Source of the DNA: Patescibacteria group bacterium
GTDB taxonomy: Bacteria > Patescibacteriota > Patescibacteriia > 2-01-FULL-39-33
Reading direction: 5' to 3'
Length of the DNA: 64,000 bases
Assembly: GCA_041645075.1 (NCBI GenBank)
Contig: JBAZQS010000002.1
Location: forward strand, 693 to 64,692
The position numbers were made by a program, and so were the translations under genes. This document shows, piece after piece, positions 18,843 through 28,824 of the stretch (the first letter of the stretch is position 1; each line of letters begins with the position of its first letter). A model generated the notes under the pieces. It worked only from the letters and a program-made list of their open reading frames with translations. It searched no databases and had not been told where the DNA came from.

Positions 18843-19472
18843 GTGGCGGCAGGCGGTAAAGATCGATTAGATCGCTTGGATCGAGCGGTCGGCAAATCAT
18901 TCAAGTTGATTTGGGGAAAACTCCAGCGCCTTGATCGCTGGGGCGAAAGACAATGGCGGGAATATAGAAATTTTTGGATTCGCAACATCTGGCACGGCGG
19001 CAGCAAACAGCTGACCAAGCCAAGAACGGGCAACCGATTTTGGGATTTCCTGCAAGGCCGATTTTATGATCTTTGCCGTTTTCTGGATTGGCTGGACACC
19101 ATTAGTTATTTCCGCGGCCGAATTTATCAGGCCAAGGCCTGCCGAGTAAGAAGCAAGGCGGAGAAAAAGATCGCCAATTATTTTACAGATCACGGCGTTA
19201 AATTCCAGTATGAAAAAAGGCTTTACCTCGGCCCAAGGTCATCCCGGCCATTTCGTCCAGATTTTTATCTTAGCGATTATGGTGTTTATGTGGAATACTG
19301 GGGCCTGGCAGACAGTGACCCGGATTACGACAGAAGACATCGTGTCAAGTTGGCTGCATACCATAAGCACAAGATTCCGGTTATTTCGATTTACCCGCGT
19401 CAACTCGGTAACCTGGAAAGAATTTTCCCCCAGCTTTTTCGAGAGATAACGGGCAGGGATTTTCCTGCCTAA
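18843..19472 (+). CDS. Hypothetical protein with a possible restriction-endonuclease-like (PD-(D/E)xK) C-terminal segment; GTG start
   Basis: AGGAGG RBS 8 nt upstream of the GTG. The pattern AEKKIANYF...RPDFYL...VYVEYWG resembles E...PD...E-x nuclease cores. GC-rich. Confidence 0.45.
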   Translation: MAAGGKDRLDRLDRAVGKSFKLIWGKLQRLDRWGERQWREYRNFWIRNIWHGGSKQLTKPRTGNRFWDFLQGRFYDLCRFLDWLDTISYFRGRIYQAKACRVRSKAEKKIANYFTDHGVKFQYEKRLYLGPRSSRPFRPDFYLSDYGVYVEYWGLADSDPDYDRRHRVKLAAYHKHKIPVISIYPRQLGNLERIFPQLFREITGRDFPA

Positions 19473-19605
19473 AAATCAGATTAACAATGAAAGGAGGATT
19501 TTGAGGGCGAAATAAACCCACCCGCCTGCCCGCTGGCAAGGCAAGTCCGGCTCTCAACTCGTTTGAGAGAAAACCATTCCAATTTTTGTAAACCGGAGGT
19601 ATGTC

Positions 19606-20547
19606 ATGATGAAGGTTCTCGTTACCATTGGCGCCATCATCCTGCTGGTGCTTATCACTCTGCCGTGGTCGCGCGACTACTTCAAACAGAGCCGCAACAA
19701 CGCCAATAACGCGTTTCGCGATCGGGTTAGTATCGAACAGAAAATCGCCGCTGCGAAGGAAGAGCTCGGGAAAGCCCAGGCTTATGTGACCGAGCAGTAT
19801 GCCAAGGCCATCGGGGGCAAACGCATGTTGGCCGAACAAGAAGCGGCTCTGGACGGCAAAAAGGGGGAATTGGGCGTGAAACAGCCCATTTTCCTACGTG
19901 CTTCGGAGTGGATAGAAAAGTACAAGCCAGGCGACACCTTGTCGCTCGGCCCTCAGACCTTTTCTTACGCCGAAGTGTGCACCGACGCTTCCAATCGAGC
20001 TAATGCGATTAAAGACCTGAAAGCCACCGTTAAGATCCTGAGCCAGGGCAGTGACAGGCTGCGCAACACCATCAACGACAGTGAAGCCAACGCCAAAGAA
20101 GCATTGCGTCAGATCGCTAAAAGGGAAGGCGAGCTTCAGGCTCAAGAAATCGCCTTGAGAACCTGGGAAATAATCCAGGCAAATGAGGCCGTGTGTAAAG
20201 GCATTGCCTTTAATGGCAAGATGCCATTTAATACGCGGCATCTCCAGGCGATTGATGAGGCGATGGACAAAATGAAGGCCTCCATAGAAACTTCAGCCTG
20301 GGTTAAGACCAATTCAGGCGGCATTCCTTATGAAGGACCTCAACCATCAAATCAGAATGAGCTGGAAAACATCAAGGCGACTCGCCAGATGATTACCGGC
20401 GTGGTCCCGACTCCGGAAGCGACTTCCGAACCGATGTCGCCGGCCGAAGCGGCCAGCGAAGCGCTTAGCCAGTTGCCCGAATCGGCCCTGAAGCAACCCG
20501 CCAGCAAACCGGCGATTGCCACCCCGGCCGCGACCCCTGTTCATTAA
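19606..20547 (+). CDS. Membrane-anchored coiled-coil protein (hypothetical)
   Basis: N-terminal TM, long helical region, Pro/Ala-rich C-terminus. GGAGG RBS. GC-rich with unusual codon use. Confidence 0.55.
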   Translation: MMKVLVTIGAIILLVLITLPWSRDYFKQSRNNANNAFRDRVSIEQKIAAAKEELGKAQAYVTEQYAKAIGGKRMLAEQEAALDGKKGELGVKQPIFLRASEWIEKYKPGDTLSLGPQTFSYAEVCTDASNRANAIKDLKATVKILSQGSDRLRNTINDSEANAKEALRQIAKREGELQAQEIALRTWEIIQANEAVCKGIAFNGKMPFNTRHLQAIDEAMDKMKASIETSAWVKTNSGGIPYEGPQPSNQNELENIKATRQMITGVVPTPEATSEPMSPAEAASEALSQLPESALKQPASKPAIATPAATPVH

Positions 20548-20754
20548 TTCAATCTCGCCAATAAGCCGTAGCTTACAGCCAAACAATGGTTACAACAGGC
20601 AGACATCTCTGCCTCAAGTAAATACCGCATGGGCAGCCCCATGTCTCGTTTGACCTAAGCTCCCTTAGAGCGAATGCTTTTAGGAGTTTTTTCCCACGGA
20701 CCAGATTACCTCATCTGTTCAATAAGAAAAAACTCCTTTTTTTATTTTGAGATT

Positions 20755-20802
20755 CCGCCGAATACCTCGTCCCGACGTAACGTCGGGGCGAGGATGAGGC
20801 GG
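20755..20802. repeat. Palindromic repeat family B (CCCGACGTAACGTCGGGG core)
   Basis: Nested inverted repeat. Related copies at 49913-49936 and 63054-63077. Confidence 0.6.
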
Positions 20803-21189
20803 AAGTTTATGATTTAATCTGTGAGCTTTTGCCGATTCGCCAACAGGCGAAAAAGGCAAAAGCGAACACTGATCAAAAGAGGATTCCAAAGGGGCGCCCC
20901 CTTTGGTCGGTGGGCGGGATCTAAATAACCCGCCCACCGAAACCTACTTTATTTTTAGTTTTAGTTAAAATATGAGATTGACAAAGGTTTATTTTAGTCC
21001 TACGATATTATCAGCGGCACCTTGACAATTAAATAAAATAAAGCATTAAATCAGTTAGATATAGCTAAAATTGGAGAAAGGAACGCGGTTTTGTTTGGGC
21101 GGTAAAAATCTCTAAATTAAAGTTTGATTTTTGGTTATCAACCAGATGACTCTTTAATGATACAAAGAACGAAAAAGGAGGAAAGGAAA

Positions 21190-23256
21190 ATGAAGGGTGT
21201 TAAGGGATTCGCGTTTAAAGCTCTGGGAGCTTTAGTTTTGGTTTTTGTCTTGTGCGGTTATTCCTGTAAAGGCAAGGTTAAGCCGGAGTCGCTGTTGACA
21301 CCAAGTTCGGTCGGTCCGGTGGCCATACCCCAAGAGGAAATGCCCAATATGGATAATCCGACCCAATGCCTAACCAATGAGAATGGCATTCGTCAGAAGG
21401 CGATTATTACTCGCCGCGGCGTTTCTTGCAGCCAAGAGCCGGGCGGCGTGGAAGATGGTTTTGATTTGGATTATTTCCATTCTTATTTCGTCTTTGAAAC
21501 CGTAGAGGTAAACGGCATCATTTATTATCGGGTTGGCATTACCCCCCGGCGGGCAAATATTAAGGGCTGGGTGTCCGGCGCCAAAGTCCAATTATGGGAT
21601 ACAGCGATCGGCGCCCGGTACGCGCGTCCGGAAAGTGACGATCCGGAAAAGAAAGTCAGCCAGATTCTGCCCCCGCTTTACGTGTATGGGGAAAAGGAAG
21701 ATTCAATCAAGGCAATTAAAAGCGAGTCGGTTGAACCGATTGCCCAGACCCTCTATGACTACAAGTACAAAACCCAAATGGCTTGGCCCATAACTAAGAA
21801 AGAAGAATTTCCTTTCCAGGGCAAGACCTATGAGGTTTTTCAGATCGCTTTCTTGAGTGAATACCCGCAGGGCGGCGATATTAACGCGCCCCCGCCGGTA
21901 ATTACGCCCACGGTTGTGAGAACGGAAAAGCAGAAACAAGTGAAAGAAGGCGTTAAGACGATTGATGTCGTTTTTGTGATTGACACCACGCTTTCCACGA
22001 CGCCGTATATTGAAGCCGTCAAAGAGACGATCCGGAAAATTATGAACAGCTTGAATGGTATTAGCGCCGGTTCATTTAAACCGGACATCGCTTTCGGGCT
22101 GGTTGAATACCGCGATTTCGTCGACGGGCTTTACTTTAATGATAATGGCGCACAGAAGGTTTATCGGCTGTTCCAATTAACTAAGGATGCCCAGGCGTTT
22201 CTTAACCGCATTAATATTGTTAAGTCCGCTGGCAAATCCAGTGAGGGCTGGCAGGAAGCGGTTCTTGATGGTTTAAAAGCGGGTTTGATGGAAATCAGTT
22301 GGAGCAATGATTATTCGGAAAGGATATTGATTCTGATCGGAGATAATTCCGGCCACTCATCGGATTCGCCGGAAATTAAGACGGGCAGTAAAAGTCCGAA
22401 TAATATTTCGGTTGGCGATATTACCGTTTTAGCCAGTCGTAACCGGGCCACTATTTTTTCTTTGTTGGTTAAAAACCAAGCCGAGGCGGCCGAAGTGGCT
22501 CGTCACCTTAATCAGTTTACCGAGTTTGCGGAAAAAACCGGCGGTAAATGTTTTCCTTTGGAAGTGGTCGGCGAGATGGTTGGTTTGGTTTCTAACCGTA
22601 TTATTGACCCTAAAATCCAGGAAGCGGAAATCGGTACGGAAGTGGTGACGGCTAAACTTCGTGGCAGCTCGGAATCAGCCATTAAGGAAAAAGTCGGCGA
22701 GAAGCAATATGTGGAAGTGATGAAATGGCTTAGCAAGCGCAACATCACTGACCGCGATTTAAAACCGGGGGAAATTTTCTTTTCTACCGGTTGGGTGGTT
22801 TCTGAAGCGGGCGGCGTTAAGATTCTGGCCAAAGAGGCCTATATGGCCCGTTCGGAATTGAATCTGCTTTTGACCAATCTTCAGTCACTCAAAGATTTCT
22901 TAGCCAATCCTAAGGCCTCGGTTTCACTGATTGCCGCTGCATATTTTCCTCGTGTTCGAGAGAATATGCCGAATGTTGTTCGAGAGAATATGCCGAATTT
23001 CCTCGGCGAGGAGATTTCCTTGCCCATGAATGTTTGGCTGCAAATTAAGGGCATTCCCTTGTCCGAATACAGCATCTTGAAATTCAATAAGTCAATATTG
23101 GAACAGATGCCGGAGGAGACCAGGCGGACGATCAAACAACGGATCACGACTCAATGCCTGCCGGCGTTGATGAATGATTATAATGATTTTATCCGCTTTT
23201 CCAATCAGGATGATATAAACAGCTTTGGCTGGGTGAGGGAAAAATACCTGCCCTAA
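21190..23256 (+). CDS. Secreted/lipoprotein-like VWA domain protein
   Basis: Signal peptide MKGVKGFAFKALGALVLVFVLCGYSC. DVVFVIDTTLST (MIDAS-like) and ILILIGDNSGHS segments typical of vWA. RBS AAAGGAGG. Confidence 0.65.
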   Translation: MKGVKGFAFKALGALVLVFVLCGYSCKGKVKPESLLTPSSVGPVAIPQEEMPNMDNPTQCLTNENGIRQKAIITRRGVSCSQEPGGVEDGFDLDYFHSYFVFETVEVNGIIYYRVGITPRRANIKGWVSGAKVQLWDTAIGARYARPESDDPEKKVSQILPPLYVYGEKEDSIKAIKSESVEPIAQTLYDYKYKTQMAWPITKKEEFPFQGKTYEVFQIAFLSEYPQGGDINAPPPVITPTVVRTEKQKQVKEGVKTIDVVFVIDTTLSTTPYIEAVKETIRKIMNSLNGISAGSFKPDIAFGLVEYRDFVDGLYFNDNGAQKVYRLFQLTKDAQAFLNRINIVKSAGKSSEGWQEAVLDGLKAGLMEISWSNDYSERILILIGDNSGHSSDSPEIKTGSKSPNNISVGDITVLASRNRATIFSLLVKNQAEAAEVARHLNQFTEFAEKTGGKCFPLEVVGEMVGLVSNRIIDPKIQEAEIGTEVVTAKLRGSSESAIKEKVGEKQYVEVMKWLSKRNITDRDLKPGEIFFSTGWVVSEAGGVKILAKEAYMARSELNLLLTNLQSLKDFLANPKASVSLIAAAYFPRVRENMPNVVRENMPNFLGEEISLPMNVWLQIKGIPLSEYSILKFNKSILEQMPEETRRTIKQRITTQCLPALMNDYNDFIRFSNQDDINSFGWVREKYLP
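22954..23001 (+). repeat. 24-nt in-frame tandem duplication inside the VWA gene (VRENMPNV/VRENMPNF)
   Basis: gttcgagagaatatgccgaatgtt occurs twice. Confidence 0.8.
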
Positions 23257-23328
23257 GCTGATTAATCCGGGGAAGGCCTCGCAAATAAGCAACCTTCCCC
23301 GGAAACGTAAACTCAAACCAAGAAAAGG

Positions 23329-24114
23329 ATGAAACTCATGGAACCAGTGGTAGAGAGAGAAACAATGAAAAAAAAACTAACATGGTATCCGACTTTTGTC
23401 TTGCAAAACGTTAGTAAATTTTTTACCGTCGGCGGAGAAACAATTAAAGCGGTTGGTAATGCCTCGGTTTCAATTCCTTCTGGATGTATTACTGGGATTA
23501 TAGGCGAAAACGGTTCCGGCAAAACCACTTTATTGCATTTAATGGGCGGGCTCTATAAACCCGACCGTGGCCGGATTTATTACTATCATCCTGAGTACAA
23601 ACGTTATTTCCTCATACCGTATAACAACAAAAAATATATGCAGTATTTTTTGCGCCATCAGGTCGCTTGGATTTTTCAGAAATTAAATCTGATTTCACAT
23701 TTGACGGTTTGGCAAAATATCGTATTGCCGCTTTTCTTGAAAGGACAGTCCTATAAAAAAGAGGAGATTATCAAGCTTTTAAAAATACTGCGCCTGATCG
23801 ATCCGGAAAGAAATATTAATTTAATGAATAAGCGGCCGGAACAGCTTTCCAGCGGCGAGCAGCAGCGCGTAGCCATTGCTCGAGCTTTGGTGGCCAGGCC
23901 GCAGGTGATTTTGGCCGATGAGCCGACCGGCAACCTTGACTTGCGAAACCGCGATGTTTTTATGGAGATTCTTAAAGCGGCAAACCGAGATTACGGTATT
24001 ACAGTCGTTTTAATTACGCAGGAAGTTAGCTTGGTGAAGAAGTACTGCCATGCCTGTATTCTGTGTGAAAAATCCAATCAAGGAAATATTTGCGGTCAGC
24101 TGCAATGGCTTTAA
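23329..24114 (+). CDS. ABC transporter ATP-binding protein (MacB/FtsE/LolD-like)
   Basis: Walker [10 protein letters not shown], signature [15 protein letters not shown], Walker [12 protein letters not shown]. Start may be 23338 or 23353. Confidence 0.85.
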   Translation: MKLMEPVVERETMKKKLTWYPTFVLQNVSKFFTVGGETIKAVGNASVSIPSGCITGIIGENGSGKTTLLHLMGGLYKPDRGRIYYYHPEYKRYFLIPYNNKKYMQYFLRHQVAWIFQKLNLISHLTVWQNIVLPLFLKGQSYKKEEIIKLLKILRLIDPERNINLMNKRPEQLSSGEQQRVAIARALVARPQVILADEPTGNLDLRNRDVFMEILKAANRDYGITVVLITQEVSLVKKYCHACILCEKSNQGNICGQLQWL

Positions 24115-24149
24115 AATCCCACGCAGATTACTAAAGGGAGGTAAGATAA

Positions 24150-27100
24150 ATGAGAGGGTCAGATGATGGTATTTATGTTAGACCAATTAAACCGAAAGAT
24201 CGCGATAAAGAGCCGGGAGCGATTAAAACATTGCGGTATACTATTTCCTATATCCGCTTTAACTTTTTTGCTTTCTTGCTTAATATTTTGACGATTGGCA
24301 TTGCGGGAATTTCGATTATGGCCTTTGGCTATCTGGCTTATGCCGGCTATCAGGAAGCGCGGAGTAAACTGGAAAATAGTCAGACCAAAAAAATTATCGT
24401 CAGCTGTGTGGCTGATGAACGGCTTGATGAGACCAAGCGGTTTAATGCCAAGAAAATTGAAGAAATGAAAAAATTGCCTTGGGTGGTTGTCGCTTTTGAA
24501 CGGGTCTGCCAGAATGTTTATTTAAATATCTCCGGCGGCGACCCAAAATTGTCTTACATTGAAGGCACGATTCCCCATGACCCAGAAATTGACCCATTGT
24601 CAATGGAATGGGGCGGCGGTGTCAGTTCGCAGGACTCGGAAGAAATCGTCGTTACCTCATCGCTTTTAGATGAGCTTATCCGGCCGGCAATGGGGCGCGC
24701 TGGCGAATCAAGGGCTTTGCGACCGGAGGTGATTCGTTTGACGGTCAGAAGAACGGCCGGCAACGAAGAAAAAGATTTCCGCCGCGAGTACCAATTGGTC
24801 GGTGTCTTGAACAGCAAAATCAAGAAGGCCTTTATTCCGTTACGGCAAGCCAAATATCTGGAAATGTGGTGCGGCAGCAAGATTGACGACATGCCCGTGG
24901 TAGGCGGCAAAATTTCTCAACCGGAGATTGAAGTCAAAACCGGCCGCCTGTATGTTTCCAGTAATATCAGCGGAGAGACCCTGGATCAGGCCAAGAAGCA
25001 TTTCCAAATTGACCTAAAAGAAATTTTTTCTTATCGGGAGCCGGTTATCGGCGACATCGGCGAGATGAGAATTTTCCGAAAAGATAATCAGGCATTTTAT
25101 AACGCGGATATCGCCAAATTACAGAGCTTATTGCCAAATGATGTTAATATTTTTTCGGGCAATCAGGTTAAGGCGACATTTCGACTGGAACAGCGTGAAG
25201 TAAAAGGAGCAATCCTGCAGGCATTTTCCCTAAACGATCCACGTTTACGGAATTTAAAAATGATGGACAACAAAGGCATTGATACGGCCATCACCTCTCT
25301 TTACAGCGTGGTTATTTCCAAAGATCTCGCCAGCCGGCATTTGCCTTATGGCCTTGAGTCCCAGCCGGATTTAGTAGTGGAAATCGGACCGTTTCCGGTT
25401 AGCCTGAAAATTGTCGGCGCTTCCGAGGGCTATATTAACGATACGCCTTTTGACGCCTTATGCAGCCTTGATACTTTCAATTGTTTAAATCTGAACGTGG
25501 AATTAAAGAAGTTTTGCTTGGTGGTCATGACCAATCGGGCGACCGCTAAGCGGCTGAAAAACGGCGACTATCCAGTGAAAAAGGGCCAAACAGCCAAGAC
25601 CTTTCCGATTATTGAAAAGAAAATCAAAACTTGGGATTCCGACCCAAGTTCTAAGACGGTTCATTCTGCTGCCGGCGCGGATCGGAGAGATTCGGCCACC
25701 GCCCAAATAAATTCTTCTAACTCGTCTTTTGATGCGGGAGATTATTGCGCGATTGCCGCTCTGGAAGGCGATCGCGGCTCAATCAGTAAATTCATTAAAG
25801 ATCATTTCAACGACCCAAAGGTTGAAGTCATTGAACTCTCGGTTGTTGGCAACTGCAAGGTCTTAAGCGGCGACAAGACCAGAGAAGCAGAAATCGCTTT
25901 TTGCAATCCGGAAGAAATCAGTCATAGTCAATTGCCTTGGGCCTACCGGAGTTATCCTCTGGAAAGTGGCTCTGGTCTGGCAAGCGAAGAGGATTTTCCG
26001 TCGGATTATTCAATTGGGATAGGCGATACCCGCCTTGATTTGGTAAAAATTGACCAGGTCTTTCCGCGCGGGTACATTCTAGTCGGTCAAAAAAAGATGT
26101 CGGTTTTACTTCCCGGTCTGCAGAAACTTGAGGCAAAAAAAAGTACTGACGGAGAATATTTACCCGGCTTCCTTGATGTAACCATTAATAATCCGGTTAG
26201 TTATGAAAACGTGAAAGCGGCGATTGAGGGGCAGGGGCTTATCGTTAAAGAAGTCCGGGTGCCAAAAAACATCCAGGTGACTTGTTACCAATTCAGTTCG
26301 CTTCAGCCAGATGGGAAAATCAGCCGCCAATTAATTTCTTCTTTAAAGGCCGATAGAACATTTCTTGATGTTTGCCCCGAGATTAAAATTGAAGCGGCAA
26401 TCGGCGGCCTGCCACTGGAAAATAAATTTTCTTTTATCGGCAGTTACGTTGATGACCGGATCAAAACAAACATACCGGTTAAACTTGGCGGTTGGCTTAC
26501 CGGCTCGTCGCCTAATGAAGTGATGTTGCCGGAAAAAATGCTGGCAAACACCTCTAAGGATCCGAAAAATTTGATTGGTGAAAGCGTGACTCTGATATTT
26601 GAACGCCAAGTCAAGAGGTCCTACGGCGAGCCAACACTAGACGTTAAATGCGCTGTGGCCGGAATCACCACTGACGATCATGGCTATCTGCCCTTGGATC
26701 TGGTGAAAAGGGCTTACCTCTGGCAAACCGGTCGTCTGCCCTACAACGAGCGCAGTGGCACCTTCGTCAGCTCGGAAAACCTTTACGATAAATCCGGCCA
26801 CGAGTCGTGCAAGATCTACGTCAGAAATATTGCCGACGTTCGGCCGGCCGTTAACTACTTGCGCCAAGACCTTGGCTATGATACGGAAGATTATCTAAAA
26901 GATCAAGAACGAATTCGCGAGCTGGGCCGGATTTTGACTTTCTTGGTGATGATGATTGTTGTTGGCAACGTGATTTCCGGCATTCTTAATGTCGTGATCA
27001 CCACCTTAATGAACACCAAAACCAGGATTTATGAAATCGGCATCTTGCGGGCTCATGGCGCCAGCAATCGGTTGATTAAACGGATTTTTTTCCAACTCGG

Positions 27101-27362
27101 CTTAATGATGGGATTCGCCTCCTTTGCGGTTGCTTTTGCGGCCGCACCGCTGGTAATCGAACTGATCGCTTTTTCAATCAAGAAGGCCTTCTCAGTTGAG
27201 CTGACCAGGATTATGTCGGTCCCGTTTATCAGTTTTGATTACTGGTGGCTGCATTTGCTTGGACTGTTAATTACGGTTTTGTTCTGTGTCTTCGGCGTAT
27301 TTTGGTCAGCGCTTTTGGCCTGCAAAACGCCAATTGTTAAGGCCTTAATTTCCGGAAAATAA
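24150..27362 (+). CDS. MacB/FtsX-type ABC permease with a giant (~800 aa) extracytoplasmic domain
   Basis: N-terminal TM, a long soluble domain, and a C-terminal FtsX-like 3-TM module containing IYEIGILRAHGAS. AAGGGAGG RBS. Confidence 0.7.
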   Translation: MRGSDDGIYVRPIKPKDRDKEPGAIKTLRYTISYIRFNFFAFLLNILTIGIAGISIMAFGYLAYAGYQEARSKLENSQTKKIIVSCVADERLDETKRFNAKKIEEMKKLPWVVVAFERVCQNVYLNISGGDPKLSYIEGTIPHDPEIDPLSMEWGGGVSSQDSEEIVVTSSLLDELIRPAMGRAGESRALRPEVIRLTVRRTAGNEEKDFRREYQLVGVLNSKIKKAFIPLRQAKYLEMWCGSKIDDMPVVGGKISQPEIEVKTGRLYVSSNISGETLDQAKKHFQIDLKEIFSYREPVIGDIGEMRIFRKDNQAFYNADIAKLQSLLPNDVNIFSGNQVKATFRLEQREVKGAILQAFSLNDPRLRNLKMMDNKGIDTAITSLYSVVISKDLASRHLPYGLESQPDLVVEIGPFPVSLKIVGASEGYINDTPFDALCSLDTFNCLNLNVELKKFCLVVMTNRATAKRLKNGDYPVKKGQTAKTFPIIEKKIKTWDSDPSSKTVHSAAGADRRDSATAQINSSNSSFDAGDYCAIAALEGDRGSISKFIKDHFNDPKVEVIELSVVGNCKVLSGDKTREAEIAFCNPEEISHSQLPWAYRSYPLESGSGLASEEDFPSDYSIGIGDTRLDLVKIDQVFPRGYILVGQKKMSVLLPGLQKLEAKKSTDGEYLPGFLDVTINNPVSYENVKAAIEGQGLIVKEVRVPKNIQVTCYQFSSLQPDGKISRQLISSLKADRTFLDVCPEIKIEAAIGGLPLENKFSFIGSYVDDRIKTNIPVKLGGWLTGSSPNEVMLPEKMLANTSKDPKNLIGESVTLIFERQVKRSYGEPTLDVKCAVAGITTDDHGYLPLDLVKRAYLWQTGRLPYNERSGTFVSSENLYDKSGHESCKIYVRNIADVRPAVNYLRQDLGYDTEDYLKDQERIRELGRILTFLVMMIVVGNVISGILNVVITTLMNTKTRIYEIGILRAHGASNRLIKRIFFQLGLMMGFASFAVAFAAAPLVIELIAFSIKKAFSVELTRIMSVPFISFDYWWLHLLGLLITVLFCVFGVFWSALLACKTPIVKALISGK

Positions 27363-27374
27363 GGAGGAAGTAAA

Positions 27375-28208
27375 ATGAATCAAGAAGAACATGACCAAAA
27401 CGAAGGATTACCTTCAATTCCAATTAAGACCCCTGAAGCAGAACCCGATCGCGAACCGATTTTGCTTAAACCCATGTTCTCGCCGTTTTTGAGGAAGAGG
27501 CAGAAAAGTTCGTGGTCCGCTTTTCAGATCATCGGTCAGTTGATTATCATCGCCGGTTTTTTCTCGGCGGGCTGGATCGCGCATGATTATCGGTCGCAGC
27601 TGAAACCACTGATTAATAAAATTAATCCGTCGCCCGCGCCAACACCTGAACCGTTTATTGAGTTAAACAAATCGCTGGTTGTGGCCATGCTCTCGGAAAT
27701 CAACGCCGAGCAGAAGCGAGTCAGTGATGATAAATACGGATTGCAAGATAGGATTGACCGGTGCGATTTAACCTGGAAGGTTTTGAGAAATTCCGGTTAC
27801 ACTAAGGATTCAAATGAATGTAAGGGAATCTTCAAAGAAGCCCGGGAGCTTAAGAGGGGTTTGATTCAGAATAATCAACAGCTGGCCAAACTCAATAAAG
27901 CGGCCGATGGCTTGCGCGATGTGCTTCAGGACATTCGTTTGAAGGGCTATGTTATCAATAATCCGAAAACCCAGAAGTTGGTTTCTAATGTTGAGATTGC
28001 TCTGGGCGTCCGCCAGGGTCTTAATGAAGATGGCGGCGGATTAATTTCAGACCGAGATTGGAATGGCGAGGACCCCGACGAATTTATGAAGGGCCTTAAA
28101 AATAGCGGTCTAGAAAAACCGGTTGTCACTCCGTCATCGGTTCCGGTTGCGACCCAGTCGCCGGCTTCAAAAATTCCCGTCGCGGTGCCGATAACCGGGA
28201 ATCAGTAA
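27375..28208 (+). CDS. Hypothetical membrane-anchored protein
   Basis: GGAGGAAG RBS, one TM, Pro-rich C-terminus. Confidence 0.5.
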   Translation: MNQEEHDQNEGLPSIPIKTPEAEPDREPILLKPMFSPFLRKRQKSSWSAFQIIGQLIIIAGFFSAGWIAHDYRSQLKPLINKINPSPAPTPEPFIELNKSLVVAMLSEINAEQKRVSDDKYGLQDRIDRCDLTWKVLRNSGYTKDSNECKGIFKEARELKRGLIQNNQQLAKLNKAADGLRDVLQDIRLKGYVINNPKTQKLVSNVEIALGVRQGLNEDGGGLISDRDWNGEDPDEFMKGLKNSGLEKPVVTPSSVPVATQSPASKIPVAVPITGNQ

Positions 28209-28368
28209 CGTTCTTTTTTGACCGTTCTTTATCAATATCAACAGTCCAGTACTAAAAGTGCTGGACTTTTTATTTATATTTAATGCCTTGACAACCAGGG
28301 TAATTAAGCGTAAATTGAAATGAAACGAATGGTTTTTTGACAATTAATTATTATCAGGAGGAAGATAA

Positions 28369-28824
28369 ATGAGCCGCAGAAAAAGGAAATCAAACTTATT
28401 TCGATTCCCGACCAGTAAGTGGTGGCGTCGCGGCCAAGCCTTAGCCGATTTTTTAGGCGGTATGATTTTTGGCCTGGCGGAACAATTGGCTGGCTGGCTG
28501 ATTAGGTTTTTTAAGTTTTTTGGGCGGGTAATCTATTGGTTAATAATCAAGATTCCGGGTCGTAAGAAGAAAGACACGAGACAAAACGAAATCCAGCCAG
28601 AAAAAAATTTACCGAAAGAAACTGCCAGTCCTTTGGCGGACTGGCCGCCTCAAGCCCAAGAGGCCATTGCCGCCTTAATTTCTTTGGGGGTGGCAAAAGC
28701 AAACGCCGGCCCGGCCATTGCCAAGGCCCGGGCTAACCTTGGGTCAGGCGCTTCAACCCAGGATTTAATTAGAGAAGGTCTGAAATACCGACGCGGAATA
28801 TCGGAGATGGGAGCGGAAAAATGA
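28369..28824 (+). CDS. Small membrane protein with a RuvA domain-III-like (UBA-like) C-terminus
   Basis: AQEAIAALISLGVAKANAGPAIAKA...TQDLIREGLKY resembles the RuvA C-terminal domain. Confidence 0.45.
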   Translation: MSRRKRKSNLFRFPTSKWWRRGQALADFLGGMIFGLAEQLAGWLIRFFKFFGRVIYWLIIKIPGRKKKDTRQNEIQPEKNLPKETASPLADWPPQAQEAIAALISLGVAKANAGPAIAKARANLGSGASTQDLIREGLKYRRGISEMGAEK

